Shown here: positions 27,401 to 43,000 of the stretch, piece by piece
How positions within the stretch are numbered: the stretch's first letter is position 1
Layout of the letters: every line of letters starts with the position of its first letter
NCBI GenBank assembly: GCA_964016885.1
Contig: OZ024760.1
Span: forward strand, 30,132,001 to 30,196,000
Direction: 5' to 3'
From: Eledone cirrhosa
Taxonomy: Eukaryota
DNA length: 64,000 nt
Notes under the pieces: model-generated
What the model saw: only the letters and a program-made list of their open reading frames with translations
What the model was told of the DNA's origin: nothing
Databases searched by the model: none
Translations under genes and position numbers: made by a program

Positions 27401-30250
27401 TAATGTAATGTAATGTAATGTAATGTGTAATGTAATGTAATGTAATGTAATGTAATGTGTAATGTAATGTAATGTAATATAATGTAATGTGTAATGTAAT
27501 GTAATGTAATGTATAATGTAATGTAATGTAATGTGTAATGTAATGTAATGTAATGTAATGTAATGTGTAATGTAATGTAACGTAATGTAATGTGTAATGT
27601 AACGTAATGTAATGTAATGTGTAATGTGTAATGTAATGTAATGTAATGTAATGTAATGTGTAATGTAATGTAATGTAATGTAATGTAATGTAATATAATG
27701 TAATGTAATGTGTAATGCAATGTAACGTAATGTAATGTAATGTGTAATGTAATGTAATGTAATGTAATGTATTGTGTAATGTGATGTAATGTAATGTAAT
27801 GTAGTATGTAATGTAATGTAATGTAATGTAATATGTAATGTAATGTAATGTAATGTAATGTAATGTAATATGTGATGTAATGTAATGTGTAATGTAATGT
27901 AATGTAATGTAATGTAATGTAACGTGTAATGTAATATAATGTGTAATGTAATGTAATGTAATGTAATGTAATGTGTAATGTAATGTAAGTCAATGCAATG
28001 CAATGCAATGCAATGAAATTCAATGCAATGCAATGCAATGCAATGTAATGTAATGTAATGTAATGTAATGTAATGTAATGTAATGTAATGTAATGTAATG
28101 TAATGTAATGTAATGTAATGTGTAATGTAATGTAAAGTATAATGTAATGTAATGTAATGTAATGTAATGTAATGTAATGCAATGTAATGTAATTTACTGT
28201 AATATGTAATGTAATGTAATGTAATGTAATGTAATGTAATGTAACGTAACGTAATGTAATGTAATGTGTAATGTAATGTAATGTAATGCAATGTGTAATG
28301 TAATGTAATGTGTAATGTGTAATGTAATGTAATGTAATGTAATGTAATGTAATGTAATGTGTAATGTAATGTAATTTAATGTAATGTCTAATGTAATGTA
28401 ATGTAATGTAATGTAATGTAATGTAATGTGTAATGTAATGTAACGTAATGTAATGTAACTTAATGTTTAATGTAATGTAATGTAATGCAATGTAATGTAA
28501 TGTAATGTAATGTAATGTAATGTGTAATGTAATGTAATGTAATGTAATGTAATGTAATATAATGCAATGTAATATGTAATGTAATTTAATGTAATGTAAT
28601 ATAATGTAATGTGTAATGTAATGTGTAATGTAATGTAATGTAATTTAATGTAATGTCTAATGTAATGTAATGTAATGTAATGTAATGTAATGTCATGTAA
28701 TGTAATGTGTAATGTAATGTAATGTAATGTAATGTAATGTAATGTGTAATGTAATGTAATGTAATGTAATGTAATGTAACGTAATGTAACATAATGTAAT
28801 GTGTAATGTATTGTAATGTAATGTAATGTGTAATGTAATGTAATGTGTAATGTAATGTAATGTAATGTGTAATGTGTAATGTAATGTAATGTAATGTAAT
28901 GTAATGTAATGTGTAATGTAATGTAATGTAATGTGTAAAGTAATGTAATGTAATGTAATGTAATGTAATGTAATGTAATGTGTAATGTAATGTAATGTAA
29001 TGTAATGTAATGTGTAATGTGTAATGTAATGTAATGTAATGTAATGTAATGTGTAATGTAATGTAATGTAATGTAATGTGTAATGTAATGTAATGTAATG
29101 TAATGTAATGTATGATGTAATGTAATGTAATGTAACGTGTAATGTAATGTAATGTACTGTAATGTAATGTAATGTAATATGTAATGTAATGTAAGGTAAT
29201 GTAATTTAATGTAATGTAATGTAATGTAATGTGTAATGTAATGTAATGTAATGCAATGCAATGCAATGCAATGCAATGCAATGCAATGCAATGAAATGCA
29301 ATGTAATCTAATGTAAACTAAGGTAATGTGTAATGTAATGTAATGTAATGTAATGTAATGTAATGTGTAATGTAATGTAATGTAATGTAATGTAATGTAA
29401 TGTAATGTAATGTAATGTAATGTAATGTGTAATGTAATGTAATGTAATGTGTAATATAATGTAATGTAATGTAATGTAATGTAATGTGTAATTTAATGTG
29501 ATGTAATGTAATGTAATGTAATGTGTAATGTGTAATGTGTAATGTAATGTAATGTAATGTAATTTAATGTAATGTCTAATGTAATGTAATGTAGTGTAAT
29601 GTAATGTAATGTAATGTAATATGTAATGTAATGTAATGTAATGTAATGTAATGTAATGTAATGTAATGTAATGTAATGTAATGTAATGTGTAATGTAATG
29701 TAATGTAATGTAATGTAATGTAATGTAATGTAATGTAATGTGTAATGTAATGTAATGTACTGTAATGTAACGTAATGTAATGTAATGTAATATAATGTAA
29801 TGTAATATAATGTAATGTAATGTAATGTAATGTAATGTGTAATGTAATGTAATGTAATGTAATGTAATGTAATGTAATGTGTAATGTAATGTAATGTACT
29901 GTAATGTAACGTAATGTAATGTAATGTAATATAATGTAATGTAATATAATGTAATGTAATGTAATGTGATGTAATGTGTAATGTAATGTAACGTAATTTA
30001 ATGTAATGCAATGTAATATGTAATGTAATTTAATGTAATGCAATGTAATGTAATGTAATGTAATCTAATGTAATGTAATGTAATGTAATGTGTAATGTAA
30101 TGTAATTTAATGTAATGTCTAATGTAACGTAATGTAATGTAATGTAATGTAATGTAATGTAATGTAATGTAATGTAATGTGTAATGTAATGTAACGTAAT
30201 GTAATGTAACTTAATGTTTAATGTAATGTAATGTAATGTAATGTGTAATG
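18100..30250 (+). repeat. Higher-order repeat domain, ~4 copies of variable length (2.7-3.8 kb)
   Basis: The domain-specific variant AAACTAAGG occurs at 19422, 22740, 25488 and 29315. AAGTCAATGC occurs at 18143, 21456, 24241 and 27987; TAAATTAATG at 18698, 22031 and 24821. Confidence 0.9.
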
Positions 30251-33200
30251 TAATGTGTAATGTAATGTAATGTAATGTAATGTAATGTAATGTAATGTAA
30301 TGTGTAATGTAGTTTAATGTAATGTAATGTGTAAAGTAATGTAAGGTAATGTAATGTAATGTAATGTGTAATGGAATGTAATGTAATGTAATATAATGTA
30401 ATGTAATGTAATGTAATGTAATGTAATGTGTAATGTAATGTAATATAATGTAATGTAATGTGTAATGTAATGTAATATAATGTAATGTAATGTGTAATGT
30501 AATGTAATGTAATGTAACGTGTAATGTAATGTAATGTACTGTAATGTAATGTAATGTAACGAAATATGTAATGTAATGTAATGTAATGTAATTTAATGTA
30601 ATGTCTAATGTAAAGTAATGTAATGTAATGTAATGTAATGTAATGTAATGTAATGTAGTATGTAATGTAATGTAATGTAATGTAATGTAATGTGTAATGT
30701 AATGTAATGTAATGTAATGTAATGTAATGCAATGTAATGTAATGTAATGTAATATGTAATGTAATGTAATGTAATGTAATTTAATGTAATGTCTAATGTA
30801 ATGTAATGTAATGTAATGTAATGTAATGTGTAATGTAATGTAATGTAATGTAATGTAATGTAATGTAATGTAATGTAATGTGTAATGTAATGTAATGTAA
30901 TGTGTAATGTAATGTAACGTAATGTAATTTAATGTAATGTAATGTAATGTAATGTGTAATGTAATGTAATGTAATGTAATGTAATGTAATGTGTAATGTG
31001 TAATGTAATGTAATGTAATATAATGTAATGTGTAATGTAATGTAATGTAATGTAATGTAATGTATAATGTAATGTAATGTAATGTAATGTGTAATGTAAT
31101 GTAATGTAATGTAATGTAATGTGTAATGTAATGTAATGTAATGTAATGTGTAATGTAACGTAATGTAATGTAATGTGTAATGTGTAATGTAATGTAATGT
31201 AATGTAATGTAATATAATGTAATGTAATGTGTAATGCAATGTAACGTAATGTAATGCAATGTGTAATGTAATGTAATGTAATGTAATGTAATGTAATATA
31301 TTGTGTAATGTAATGTAATGTAATGAAATGTAGTATGTAATGTAATGTAATGTAATGTAATATGTAATGTAATGTAATGTAATGTAATGTAATGTAATAT
31401 GTAATGTAATGTAATGTGTAATGTAATGTAATGTAATGTAATGTAATGTAATGTGTAATGTAATGTAAGTCAATGCAATGCAATGAAATTCAATGCAATG
31501 CAATGCAATGTAATGTAATGTAATGTAATGTAATGTAATGTAATGTAATGTAATGTAATGTAATGTAATGTGTAATGTAATGTAAAGTGTAATGTAATGT
31601 AATGTAATGTAATGTAATGTAATGTAATGTAATGTAATGTAATGTAATGTAATGTAATGTAATGTAATTTAATGTAATGCAATGTAATGTAATTTACTGT
31701 AATATGTAATGTAATGTAATGTAATGTAATGTAACGTAACGTAATGTAATGTGTAATGTAATGTAATGTAATGCAATGTGTAATGTAATGTAATGTGTAA
31801 TGTGTAATGTAATGTAATGTAATGTAATTTAATGTAATGTCTAATGTAATGTAGTGTAATGTAATGTAATGTAATGTGTAATGTAATGTAATTTAATGTA
31901 ATGTCTAATGTAATGTAGTGTAATGTAATGTAATGTAATGTGTAATGTAATGTAACGTAATGTAATGTAACTTAATGTTTAATGTAATGTAATGTAATGT
32001 AATGTAATGTAATGTAATGTAATGTGTAATGTAATGTAATGTAATGTAATGTAATGTAATGTAATGTAATGTAATGTAATGTGTAATGTAATGTAATGTA
32101 ATGTATTGTAATGTAATATAATGCAATGTAATATGTAATGTAATTTAATGTAATGTAATGTAATGTAATGTGTAATGTAATGTGTAATGTAATGTAATGT
32201 AATTTAATGTAATGTCTAATGTAATGTAATGTAATGTAATGTAATGTAATGTAATGTAATGTGTAATGTAATGTAATGTAATGTAATGTAATGTAATGTA
32301 ATGTAATGTAATGTAATGTAATGTGTAATGTAATGTAATGTAATGTAATGTAATGTAACGTAATGTAACGTAATGTAATGTGTAATGTATTGTAATGTAA
32401 TGTAATGTGTAATGTAATGTAATGTGTAATGTAATGTAATGTAATGTGTAATGTGTAATGTGTAATGTAATGTAATGTAATGTAATGTAATGTAATGTAA
32501 TGTAATGTGTAATGTAATGTAATGTAATGTGTAAAGTAATGTAATGTAATGTAATGTAATGTAATGTGTAATGTAATGTAATGTAATGTAATGTAATGTG
32601 TAATGTAATGTAATGTAATGTAATGTAATGTAATGTATGATGTAATGTAATGTAATGTAACGTGTAATGTAATGTAATGTACTGTAATGTAATGTAATGT
32701 AATATGTAATGTAATGTAAGGTAATGTAATTTAATGTAATGTAATGTAATGTAATGTGTAATGTAATGTAATGTAATGCAATGCAATGCAATGCAATGCA
32801 ATGCAATGAAATGCAATGCAATGCAATGCAATGTAATGTAATGTAATGCAATCTAAGGTAATGTGTAACGTAATGTAATGTAATGTAATGTAATGTAATG
32901 TGTAATGTAATGTAATGTGTAATGTAATGTAATGTAATGGAATGGAATGGAATGTAAGGTAATGTAATGTAATGTAATGTAATGTAATGTAATGTAATGT
33001 AATGTAATGTAATGTAATGTAATGTAATGTAATGTAATGTAATGTAATGTGTAATGTAATGTAATGTAATGTGTAATGTAATGTAATGTAATGTAATGTA
33101 ATGTGTAATTTAATGTGATGTAATGTAATGTAATGTAATGTGTAATGTGTAATGTAATGTAATGTGTAATGTAATGTAATGTAATGTAATGTCATGTAAG

Positions 33201-34399
33201 GAAATGTAATATTTAATATGTAATGTAATGTAATGTAATGTGAAATGTAATGTAATGTAATGTAATATAATGTAATGTAATGTGTAATGTAATGTAATGT
33301 AATGTAATGTAATGTAATGTGTAATGTGATGTAATGTAATGTAATGTAATGTAATGTGTAATGAAATGTAATGTAATGTAATGTAATGTAATATGTAATG
33401 TAATGTAATGTAATGTAATGTGTAATGTAATGTAATGTAATGTCATGTAATGTAATGTGTAATGTAATGTAATGTGTAATGTAATGTAATGTAATGTAAT
33501 GTAATGTAATGTAATGTGTAATGTAATGTAATGTAACATAATGTGTAATGTAATGTAATGTAATGTAATGTAATGTAATGTAATGTGTAATGTGTAATGT
33601 AATTTAATGCAATGCAATGCAATGTAATGTAATGTAATGTAATGTAATGTAATGTAATGTAATGTAATGTAATGTAATGTAATGTAATGTGTAATGTAAT
33701 GTAAAGTGTAATGTAATGTAATGTAATGTAATATAATGTAATGTAATGTAATGTAATGTAATGTAATGTAATGTAATGTAATGCAATGTAATGTAATTTA
33801 CTGTAATATGTAATGTAATGTAATGTAATGTAATGTAACGTAACGTAATGTAATGTGTAATGTAATGTAATGTAATGCAATGTGTAATGTAATGTAATGT
33901 GTAATGTGTAATGTAATGTAATGTAATGTAATGTGTAATGTAATGTAATTTAATGAAATGTCTAACGTAATGTAGTGTAATGTAATGTAATGTAATGTGT
34001 AATGTAATGTAATTTAATGTAATGTCTAATGTAATGTAGTGTAATGTAATGTAATGTAATGTGTAATGTAATGTAACGTAATGTAATGTAACTTAATGTT
34101 TAATGTAATGTAATGTAATGTAATGTAATGTAATGTAATGTGTAATGTAATGTAATGTAATGTAATGTAATGTAAGGTAATGTAATGTAATGTGTAATGT
34201 AATGTAATGTAATGTATTGTAATGTAATATAATGCAATGTAATATGTAATGTAATTTAATGTAATGTAATGTAATGTAATGTGTAATGTAATGTGTAATG
34301 TAATGTAATGTAATTTAATGTAATGTCTAATGTAATGTAATGTAATGTAATGTAATGTAATGTGTAATGTAATGTAATGTAATGTAATGTAATGTCATG

Positions 34400-37300
34400 T
34401 AAGGAAATGTAATATTTAATATGTAATGTAATGTAATGTAATGTGAAATGTAATGTAATGTAATGTAATATAATGTAATGTAATGTGTAATGTAATGTAA
34501 TGTAATGTAATGTGTAATGTGATGTAATGTAATGTAATGTAATGTGTAATGAAATGTAATGTAATGTAATGTAATGTAATATGTAATGTAATGTAATGTA
34601 ATGTAATGTGTAATGTAATGTAATGTAATGTCATGTAATGTAATGTGTAATGTAATGTAATGTGTAATGTAATGTAATGTAATGTAATGTAATGTGTAAT
34701 GCAACGTAATGTAACATAATGTGTAATGTAATGTAATGTAATGTAATGTAATGTAATGTGTAATGTGTAATGTAATTTAATGTAATGTAATGTAATGTAA
34801 TGTAATGTAATGTAATGTGTAATGTAATGTAACTTAATGTAATTTAATGTAATTTAATGTAATATAAAGTAGTGTGTAATGTAAATTAATGTAATGTAAT
34901 GTAATGTAATGTAATGTAATGTAATGTAATGTAATGTGTAATGTAATGTAACTTAATGTAATTTAATGTAATGTAATGTAATGTAATGTAATATGTAATG
35001 TAATGTAATGTAATGTAACGTAATTTAACGTAATGTCTAATGTAATGTAATGCAATTGTAATGTAATATGTAATGTAATGTAATGTAATTTAATGTAATG
35101 TCTAATGTAATGTAATGTGTAATGTGTAATGTAATGTAATGTAATGTAACGTAATGTGTAATGTGTAATGTGTAATGTAATGTAATGTAATGTAATATGT
35201 AATGTAATGTAATGTAATTTAATGTAATGTCTAATGTAATGTAATGTAATGTAATATGTAACGTAATGTAATGTAATGTAATGTAATGTAATGTAATGTA
35301 ATGTGTTATGTAATGTAATGTAATGTAATGTAATGTGTAATGTAATGTAATGTAATGTAATGTAATGTAATGTAATGTAATGTGTAACGTAATGTAATGT
35401 AATATAATGTAATGTAATATAATGTAATGTAATGTAATGTAATGTAATGTGTAATGTAATGTAACGTAATGTAATGTAATGTAATGTAATATGTAATGTA
35501 ATGTAATGTAATGTAATGTAATGTAATGTAATGTAATGTAATGTAATGTGTAATGTAATGTAATTTAATGTAATGTCTAATGTAACGTAATGTAATGTAA
35601 TGTAATGTAATGTAATGTAATGTGTAATGTAATGTAACGTAATGTAATGTAACTTAATGTTTAATGTAATGTAATGTAATGTAATGTGTAATGTAATGTA
35701 ATGTAATGTAATGTAATGTAATGTAATGTAATGTGTAATGTAGTTTAATGTAATGTAATGTGTAAAGTAATGTAATGTAATGTAATGTAATGTAATGTGT
35801 AATGTAATGTAATGTAATGTAATGTAATGTGTAATGTAATGTAATGTAATGTAATGTAATGTAATGTAATGTGTAATGTGTAATGTAATGTAATGTAATG
35901 TAATGTAATGCAATGTAATGTAATGTAATGTAATGTAATGTAATGTAATGTAATATGTAATGTAATGTAATGTAATGTAATTTAATGTAATGTCTAATGT
36001 AATGTAATGTAATGTAATGTAATGTAATGTGTAATGTAATGTAATGTAATGTAATGTAATGTAATGTGTAATGTAATGTAATGTAATGTAATGTGTAATG
36101 TAATGTAATGTAATGTAATGTAATGTAATGTAATGTAATGTGTAATGTAATGTAATGTAATGTGTAATGTAATGTAATGTAATATAATGTAATGTGTAAT
36201 GTAATGTAATGTAATGTAATGTAATGTATAATGTAATGTAATGTAATGTAATGTAATGTATAATGTAATGTAATGTAACGTAATGTGTAATGTAATGTAA
36301 TGTAATGAAATGTAATGTAATGTAATTTAATGTAATGTGTAATGTAATGTAATGTAATGTAATGTAATGTGTAACGTAATGTAATGTAATGTAATGTAAT
36401 GTAATGTAATGTAATGTAATGTAATGTAATGTAATGTAATGTGTAATGTAACGTAATGTAATGTAATGTGTAATGTGTAATGTAATGTAATGTAATGTAA
36501 TGTAATGTAATGTGTAATGTAATGTAATGTAATGTAATGTAATATAATGTAATGTAATGTGTAATGCAATGTAACGTAATGTAATGTAATGTGTAATGTA
36601 ATGTAATGTAATGTAATGTAATCTAATATATTGTGTAATGTAATGTAATGTAATGTAATGTAGTATGTAATGTAATGTAATGTAATGTAATGTAATATGT
36701 AATGTAATGTAATGTGTAATGTAATGTAATGTAATGTAATATAATGTGTAATGTAATGTAATGTAATATAATGTAATGTGTAATGTAATGTAATGTAATG
36801 TAATGTGTAATGTAATGTAATGTAATGTAATGTAATGTAATGTGTAATGTAACGTAATGTAATGTAATGTGTAATGTAATGTAATGTAATGTAATGTAAT
36901 GTAATGTAATGTAATGTAATGTGTAATGTAATGTAATGTAATGTAATGTAATGTGTAATGCAATGTAACGTAATGTAATGTAATGTGTAATGTAATGTAA
37001 TGTAATATAATATAATGTGTAATGTAATGTAATGTAATGTAATGTAGTATGTAATGTAATGTAATGTAATGTAATGTAATGTAATGTAATATGTAATGTA
37101 ATGTAGTATGTAATGTAATGTAATGTAATGTAATGTAATGTAATATGTAATGTAATGTAATGTAATGCAATGTAATGTAATGTAATGTGTAATGTAATGT
37201 AATGTAATGTAATGTAATGTGTAATGTAATGTAATGTAATGTAATGTAATGTAATATAATGCAATGTAATATGTAATGTAATTTAATGTAATGTAATGTA

Positions 37301-40000
37301 ATGTAATGTAATGTAATGTATTGTGTAATGTAATGTGTAATGTAATGTAATGTAATTTAATGTAATGTCTAACGTAATGTAATGTAATGTAGTGTAATGT
37401 AATGTAATGTAATGTGTAATGTGTAATTTAATGTAATGTGTAATGTAATGTAATGTAATATTTAATATGTAATGTAATGTAATGTAATGTGAAATGTAAT
37501 GTAATGTAATGTAATATAATGTAATGTAATGTGTAATGTAATGTGTAATGTAATGTAATGTAATGTGTAATGGGATGTAATGTAATGTAATGTAATGTGT
37601 AATGAAATGTAATGTAATGTAATGTAATATGTAATGTAATGTAATGTAATGTAATGTAATGTGTAATGTAATGTAATGTTATGTAATGTAATGTGTAATG
37701 TAATGTAATGTGTAATGTAATGTAATGTAATGTAATGTAATGTGTAATGTAATGTAATGTAACATAATGTGTAATGTAATGTAATGTAATGTAATGTGTA
37801 ATGTGTAATGTAATTTAATGTAATGTAATGTAATGTAATGTAATGTAATGTAATGTAATGTAATGTAATGTGTAATGTAATGTAACTTAATGTAATTTAA
37901 TGTAATTTAATGTAATATAAAGTAATGTGTAATGTGTAATGTAATTTAATGTAATGTAATGTAATGTAATGTAATGTAATGTAATGTGTAATGTAATGTA
38001 ACTTAATGTAATTTAATGTAATGTAATGTAATGTAATGTAATATGTAATGTAATGTAATGTAACGTAACTTAACGTAATGTCTAATGTAATGTAATGCAA
38101 TGTAATGTAATATGTAATGTAATGTAATGTAATGTAATGTAATGTAATGTAATGTCTAATGTAATGTAATGTAATGTGTAATGTGTAATGTAATGTAATG
38201 TAATGTAACGTAATGTGTAATGTGTAATGTGTAATGTAATGTAATGTAATGTAATATAATGTAATGTAATGTAATGTAATGTAATGTAATGTGTAATGTA
38301 ATGTAATGTGTAATGTAATGTAATGTACTGTAATGTAATGTAATGTAATGTAATGTAATGTAATGTAATGTAATGTAATGTGTAACGTAATGTAATGTAA
38401 CGTAATATAATGTAATGTAATATAATGTAATGTAATGTAATGTAATGTAATGTAATGTAATGTGTAATGTAATGTAACGTAATGTAATGTAATGTAATGT
38501 AATGTAATATGTAATGTAATGTAATGTAATGTGTAATGTAATGTAATTTAATGTAATGTCTAATGTAACGTAATGTAATGTAATGTAATGTAATATAATG
38601 TAATGTGTAATGTAATGTAACGTAATGTAATGTAACTTAATGTTTAATGTAATGTAATGTAATGTAATGTGTAATGTAATGTGTAATGTAATGTAATGTA
38701 ATGTAATGTAATGTAATGTAATGTAATGTAATGTAATGTAATGTGTAATGTAGTTTAATGTAATGTAATGTGTAAAGTAATGTAATGTAATGTAATGTAA
38801 TGTGTAATGTAATGTAATGTAATGTAATGTAATGTAATGTAATGTGTAATGTAATGTAATGTAATGTAATGTAATGTAATGTAATGTAATGTAATGTAAT
38901 GTATAATGTAATGTAATGTAATGTAACGTGTAATGTAATGTAATGTAATTTAATGTAATGTCTAATGTAATGTAATGTAATGTAATGTAATGTAATGTAA
39001 TGTAATGTAATATAATGTAATGTAATGTAGTATGTAATGTAATGTAATGTAATGTAATGTAATGTAATGTAATGTAATGTGTAATGTAATGTAATGTAAT
39101 GTAATGTAATGTGTAATGTAATGTAATGTAATGTAATGTGTAATGTAATGTAATATAATGTAATGTGTAATGTAATGTAATGTAATGTAATGTAATGTAT
39201 AATGTAATGTAATGTAATGTAATGTAATGTAATGTATAATGTAATGTAATGTAACGTAATGTGTAATGTAATGTAATGTAATGAAATGTAATGTAATGTA
39301 ATTTAATGTAATGTGTAATGTAATGTAATGTAATGTAATGTAATATGTAACGTAATGTAATGTAATGTAATGTAATGTAATGTAATGTGTAATGTAATGT
39401 AATGTAATGTAATGTAATGTGTAATGTAACGTAATGTAATGTAATGTGTAATGTGTAACGTAATGTGTAATGTGTAATGTAATGTAATGTAATGTAATGT
39501 AATGTGTAATGTAATGTAATGTAATATAATGTAATGTAATGTGTAATGCAATGTAACGTAATGTAATGTAATGTGTAATGTAATGTAATGTAATGTAATG
39601 TAATGTAATGTAATATAGTGTGTAATGTAATGTAATGTAATGTAATGTAGTATGTAATGTAATGTAATGTAATGTAATGTAATGTAATGTAATATGTAAT
39701 GTAATGTAATGTGTAATGTAATGTAATGTAATGTAATGTCATATAATGTGTAATGTAATGTAATGTAATATAATGTAATGTGTAATGTAATGTAATGTAA
39801 TGTAATGTAATGTAATGTATAATGTAATGTAATGTAATGTAATCTAATGTAATGTATAATGTAATGTAATGTAACGTAATGTGTAATGTAATGTAATGTA
39901 ATTTAATGTAATGTGTAATGTAATGTAATGCAATGTAATGTTATGTAGTGTAATGTAATGTAATGTAATGTAATGTGTAACGTAATGTAATGTAATGGAA
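34400..40000 (+). repeat. Higher-order repeat domain, ~3.0 kb period, 2 diverged copies
   Basis: AACTTAATGTAATTTAATGTAATTT 34831/37884, AACTTAATGTTT 35651/38634, TAGTTT 35741/38751. Confidence 0.7.
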
Positions 40001-43000
40001 TGTAATGTAATGTGTAATGTAATGTAATGTAATGTAATGTAATGTAATGTGTAATGTAACGTAATGTAATGTAATGTGTAATGTGTAATGTAATATAATG
40101 TAATGTAATGTAATGTGTAATGTAATGTAATGTAATGTAATGTGTAATGCAATGTAACATAATGTAATGTGATGTGTAATGTAATGTAATGTAATATAAT
40201 ATAATGTGTAATGTAATGTAATGTAATGTAATGTAATATGTAATGTAATGTAGTATGTAATGTAATGTAATGTAATGTAATGTAATATGTAATGTAATGT
40301 AATGTAATGTAATGTAATGTAATGTAATGTAATGTAATGTAATGTAATGTAATGTAATATGTAATGTAATGTGTAATGTAATGTAATGTAATGTAATGTA
40401 ATGTAATGTAATGTAACGTGTAATGTAATGTAATGTGTAATGTAATGTAATGTAATGTAATGTAATGTAATGTAATGTGTAATGTAATGTAAGTCAATGC
40501 AATGCAATGATATGCAATGAAATTCAATGCAATGCAATGCAATGCAATGCAATGGAATGTAATGTAATATAATGTAATGTAATGTAATGTAATGTAATGT
40601 AATGTAATGTAATGTAATGTAATGTAATGTAATGTAATGCAATGTAATGTAATTTAATGTAATGTAATGTGTAATGTAATGTAATGTAATGTAATGTAAT
40701 GTAATGTAATGTATGGTAACGTTATGTAATATAATGTGTAATGAAATGTAATGTAATGTAATGTGTAATGTAATGTAATGTGTAATGTAATGTAATGTAA
40801 TGTGTAATGTGTAATGTAATGTAATGTAATGTAATGTGTAATGTAATGTAATTTAATGTAATGTCTAATGTAATGTAATGTAATGTAATATAATGTAATG
40901 TAATGTAATGTGTAATGTAACGTAATGTAATGTAACTTAATGTTTAATGTAATGTAATGTAATGTAATGTAATGTAATGTGTAATGTAATGTAATGTAAT
41001 GTAATGTCATGTAATGTGTAATGTAATGTAATGTAATGTAATGTAATATAATGCAATGTAATATGTAATGTAATTTAATGTAATGTAATGTAATGTAATG
41101 TAATGTAATGTATTGTGTAATGTAATGTGTAATGTAATGTAATGTAATTTAATGTAATGTCTAATGTAATGTAATGTAATGTAGTGTAATGTAATGCAAT
41201 GTAATGTGTAATGTAATGTAATGTAATGTAATGTAATGTAATGTGTAATGTAATGTAATGTAATGTAATGTAATGTAATGTAATGTAATGTAACGTAATG
41301 TAATGTGTAATGTAATGTAATGTAATGTAATGTGTAATGTAATGTAATGTGTAATGTACTGTACTGTAATGTAATGTAATGTGTAATGTGTAATGTAATG
41401 TAATGTAATGTAATGTAATGTAATGTAATGCAGTGTGTAATGTAATGTAATGTAATGTGTAATTTAATGTGATGTAATGTAATGTAATGTAATGTGTAAT
41501 GTAATGTCATGTAATGTAATGTCAAGTAAGGAAATGTATTATTTAATATGTAATGTAATGTAATGTAATGTGAAATGTAATGTAATGTAATGTAATATAA
41601 TGTAATGTAATGTGTAATGTAATGTAATGTAATGTAATGTAATATGTAATGTGATGTAATGTAATGTGTAAAGAAATGTAATGTAATGTAATGTAATATG
41701 TAATGTAATGTAATGTAATGTGTAATGTAATGTAATGTTATGTAATGTAATTTTAATGTAATGTAATGTGTAATGTAATGTAATGTAATGTAATGTAATG
41801 TGTAATGTAATGTAATGTAACATAATGTGTAATGTAATATAATGTAATGTAATGTGTAATGTGTAATGTAATTTAATGTAATGTAATGTACTGTAATGTA
41901 ATGTAATGTAATGTAATGTGTAATGTAATGTAACTTAATGTAATTTAATGTAATTTAATGTAATATAAAGTAATATGTAATGTGTAATGTAATTTAATGT
42001 AATGTAATGTAATGTAATGTAATGTAATGTGTAATGTAATGTAACTTAATGTAATTTAATGTAATGTAATGTAATGTAATGTAATATGTAATGTAATGTA
42101 ATGTAATGTAATGTAATTGAACGTAATGTCTAATGTAATGTAATGTAATGTAATGTAATATGTAATGTAATGTAATGTAATGTAATTTAATGTAATGTCT
42201 AATGTAATGTAATGTGTAATGTGTAATGTAATGTAATGTAGTGTAACGTAATGTGTAATGTGTAATGTGTAATGTAATGTAATGTAATGTAATGTAATAT
42301 GTAATGTAATGTAATGTAATGTAATGTAATGTAATGTAATTTAATGTAATGTCTAATGTAATGTAATGTAGTGTAATGTAATGTAATGTAATGTAATATG
42401 TAATGTAATGTAATGTAATGTAATGTAATGTAATGTAATGTAATGTAATGTAATGTAATGTAATGTGTAATGTAATGTAATGTAATGTAATGTGTAATGT
42501 AATGTAATGTACTGTAATGTAATGTAATGTAATGTAATGTGTAACGTAATGTAATGTAATGTAATATAATGTAATGTAATATAATGTAATGTAATGTAAT
42601 GTAATGTAATGTAATGTGTAATATAATGTAACGTAATGTAATGTAATGTAATGTAATATGTAATGTAATTTAATGTAATGTAATGTAATGTAATGTAATG
42701 TAATGTAATGTAATGTAATGTAATGTGTAATGTAATGTAATTTAATGTAATGTCTAATGTAACGTAATGTAATGTAATGTAATGTAATATAATGTAATGT
42801 GTAATGTAATGTAACGTAATGTAATGTAACTTAATGTTTAATGTAATGTAATGTAATGTAATGTGTAATGTAATGTGTAATGTAATGTAACGTAATGTAA
42901 TGTAATGTAATGTAATGTGTAATGTAGTTTAATGTAATGTAATGTGTAAAGTAATGTAATGTTGTGTAATGTAATGTAATGTGTAATGTAATGTAATGTA

